From NCBI GenBank assembly GCA_963710065.1, contig CAVPYU010000005.1, positions 491,053-555,052 of the forward strand: a DNA stretch of 64,000 bases, read 5' to 3'. The notes beneath the pieces are model-generated. The model had not been told where the DNA came from, did not search any database, and saw nothing but the letters and a program-made list of their open reading frames with translations. Positions 62,664 through 64,000 of this stretch are shown here, one piece after another. Within the stretch, counting starts at the first letter, position 1, and the number at the start of each line of letters is the position of its first letter. The stretch comes from an uncultured Thermoleophilia bacterium. Its GTDB lineage: Bacteria; Actinomycetota; Thermoleophilia; Solirubrobacterales; CAVPYU01. Position numbers and translations under genes: made by a program.

Positions 62664-62688
62664 GAAACGATCTTTCAGAACTCTCGTC
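62664..62688 (+). promoter_or_regulatory. Third copy of the GAAACG-N15-CGTCG motif, upstream of the 62741 gene
   Basis: The plus strand reads taggcGAAACGatctttcagaactctCGTCGccat. GAAAC is at 62664-62668, the spacer is 16 nt, and CGTC is at 62685-62688. It lies 52 nt upstream of ATG 62741. Confidence 0.55.
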
Positions 62689-62740
62689 GCCATACTTGAG
62701 AGATTTTCATCAGCAACAACAGGGAGAGGAACGAGATACG

Positions 62741-64000
62741 ATGGCATCCTCAGACCGGGCAAGAAGCCTATTACTTTACGCATGTGCCGCACTGATCTTT
62801 GCATCCGCTGCTACTTGGTGGGGAATAACGCCTGCCAAGGCCGATCCGGGCTACGAGTTCACACCGCAACTCGAAAACTACGCCCTCTCGACCTACGAGG
62901 CGGGAGCAAGCCCAGCAATGTCCTTTACGATCGATAAGACCAAAAACCGCTGTATTCCCTATGAAAAAAGATGCCCGCTAGAAAATTTTGTCTGGCAACA
63001 GAACTTCAAAAAGATCTCAATTGCCTTGGCGAACGGACAGCTGGCAAATCCCAACGCCGTCGGATACTGCAATGGGCGCATTGAGGATATCTTGGGAATA
63101 GGATTTCTCTACTGGGTATGTGATCCTGAGTCATGGATTGGCAGCGGCCAGATAATCCTACAGAGGTGCGATGAGGGCGATCTTGGAACTTGGGTGCGAT
63201 GCATGGATGGTAGCGGTCAAGAAGACCCCGAGATCTTCGACGTTTGGCCGGTCGACGTCTATAACGAAAGGCCGCAAGGCGATGAGCAAGGCCGCATCCG
63301 CCTGCTCTACCGATCTCTTAAAGACTATGGCTACTACGCAGGCTTCGATACGACCGAGATGAGTATCAATGTGCGAGAGCCTGTCACTTCGGATATCCGG
63401 CTGGATATCGTTGCTGACTACATCCCGGATCGAATAGTGTTTTCAGCCAACGACGATAACCCGGTAGCCGGTCAGATGAAGCGAATCGAACTCGATATTG
63501 ACGGCAGTATAGGCACCGAGAGCGGGTTCCCTCTTCTGGAAAACTCAAGAGTCTGTGCACCGGACGGAGTCGAAGTTCTCTTTCAAGGATACGAGTTCAA
63601 TTCGTACAACGAACCTGCGTACCCATGGACTTTACACCTTGGAAGTGGCAACGGTAAAGAGGTATCAGACTCCACCCCCTATCAGTCAACAGGCTGCGAG
63701 AACCTGCCCTTCACCCCCACCTTTGGCTTCTCCAGAGACACCTCGGGAGCGGGACAGGCACCTGCAATTACAACCTCTATCTCCCAGACAGACGATCAGG
63801 CGACGATCAAGGAGGTCAAGGTACTTCTGCCTGAAGGAACGGGTGCAAACCTCAATAGCACGGTCACCCCCTGTCCGGCAGATGCACTTGCGCAAGGTAG
63901 CTGTCCAGAATCCTCCAAGCTGGGTACGGGCAGCGCCAACTCTCGCTTCCTACCGGTCGGGGACGGCCCACTGACAGGAAACGTCTATCTAACAGAGATA
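62741..64000 (+). CDS. Large secreted protein, N-terminal 420 codons (continues beyond the window end)
   Basis: GGGAGAGG lies 10 nt before ATG 62741. Hand translation is open to position 64000. The signal peptide is MASSDRARSLLLYACAALIFASAATWWGITPAKA. The body is Cys-rich (CIPYEKRCP, YCNGRIE, WVCDPESW, LQRCDEG, WVRCMDG ...). It is missing from the ORF track because it has no in-window stop. Confidence 0.7.
   Translation, partial: MASSDRARSLLLYACAALIFASAATWWGITPAKADPGYEFTPQLENYALSTYEAGASPAMSFTIDKTKNRCIPYEKRCPLENFVWQQNFKKISIALANGQLANPNAVGYCNGRIEDILGIGFLYWVCDPESWIGSGQIILQRCDEGDLGTWVRCMDGSGQEDPEIFDVWPVDVYNERPQGDEQGRIRLLYRSLKDYGYYAGFDTTEMSINVREPVTSDIRLDIVADYIPDRIVFSANDDNPVAGQMKRIELDIDGSIGTESGFPLLENSRVCAPDGVEVLFQGYEFNSYNEPAYPWTLHLGSGNGKEVSDSTPYQSTGCENLPFTPTFGFSRDTSGAGQAPAITTSISQTDDQATIKEVKVLLPEGTGANLNSTVTPCPADALAQGSCPESSKLGTGSANSRFLPVGDGPLTGNVYLTEI

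Noticed and set aside
1-64000. tRNA, rRNA, tmRNA, RNase P or CRISPR loci
   Set aside because: No cloverleaf-compatible 70-90 nt segments, rRNA-like blocks or repeat-spacer arrays were noticed in any intergenic region. An automated scan (tRNAscan-SE, Infernal) is still advisable.

Overview
This 64-kb window looks like a mid-GC Actinomycetota-type chromosome. Evidence: a murB-ftsQ-ftsZ block with no ftsA, the scpA-scpB ... rluB ... cmk-der gene string, and a leaderless-type promoter. Positions 1-25.7 kb are almost entirely intact minus-strand housekeeping genes: metK, der, cmk, an aromatic amino-acid block (aroA, tyrA, DAHP synthase, hisC, AroH chorismate mutase), rluB, scpB/scpA, trpS and gcvT-H-PA-PB. 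Two accessory inserts interrupt this stretch. One holds an OmpR/histidine-kinase pair, a secreted Cys/Lys-rich protein, a COG1373 ATPase and VapBC. The other is a DUF433/DUF5615 pair. Positions 26-46 kb are a visibly more AT-rich accessory region. It encodes an RTX-repeat protein, two beta-propeller proteins, an S8 protease, a single-polypeptide sigma/zinc-anti-sigma/TM fusion operon and a transposase remnant. It also holds two outward-facing PemK/MazF modules and several genes broken by frameshifts. Positions 47.3-50.6 kb carry ftsZ-ftsQ-murB. Positions 50.7-64 kb carry more secreted-protein genes (some frameshifted), a K+ channel, cyclophilin, PhzF, an L,D-transpeptidase and a second membrane-tethered ECF-type sigma factor. 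Two large ORFs run off the window edges (1-2303 minus, 62741-64000 plus) and are therefore missing from the supplied ORF track. Most notable observations: (1) one promoter-like motif, GAAACG-N15-CGTCG, occurs three times around the ECF sigma gene, and a variant sits 25 kb away; (2) the sigma/anti-sigma fusion operon; (3) frameshifts are confined to accessory genes and mostly sit at homopolymers; (4) a very basic Ig-like module recurs in many secreted proteins; (5) a phased T-tract array and an SD-led 12-codon uORF precede an MFS gene. No rRNA, tRNA or CRISPR array was recognised. All calls come from reading the sequence by eye; no database search was run.
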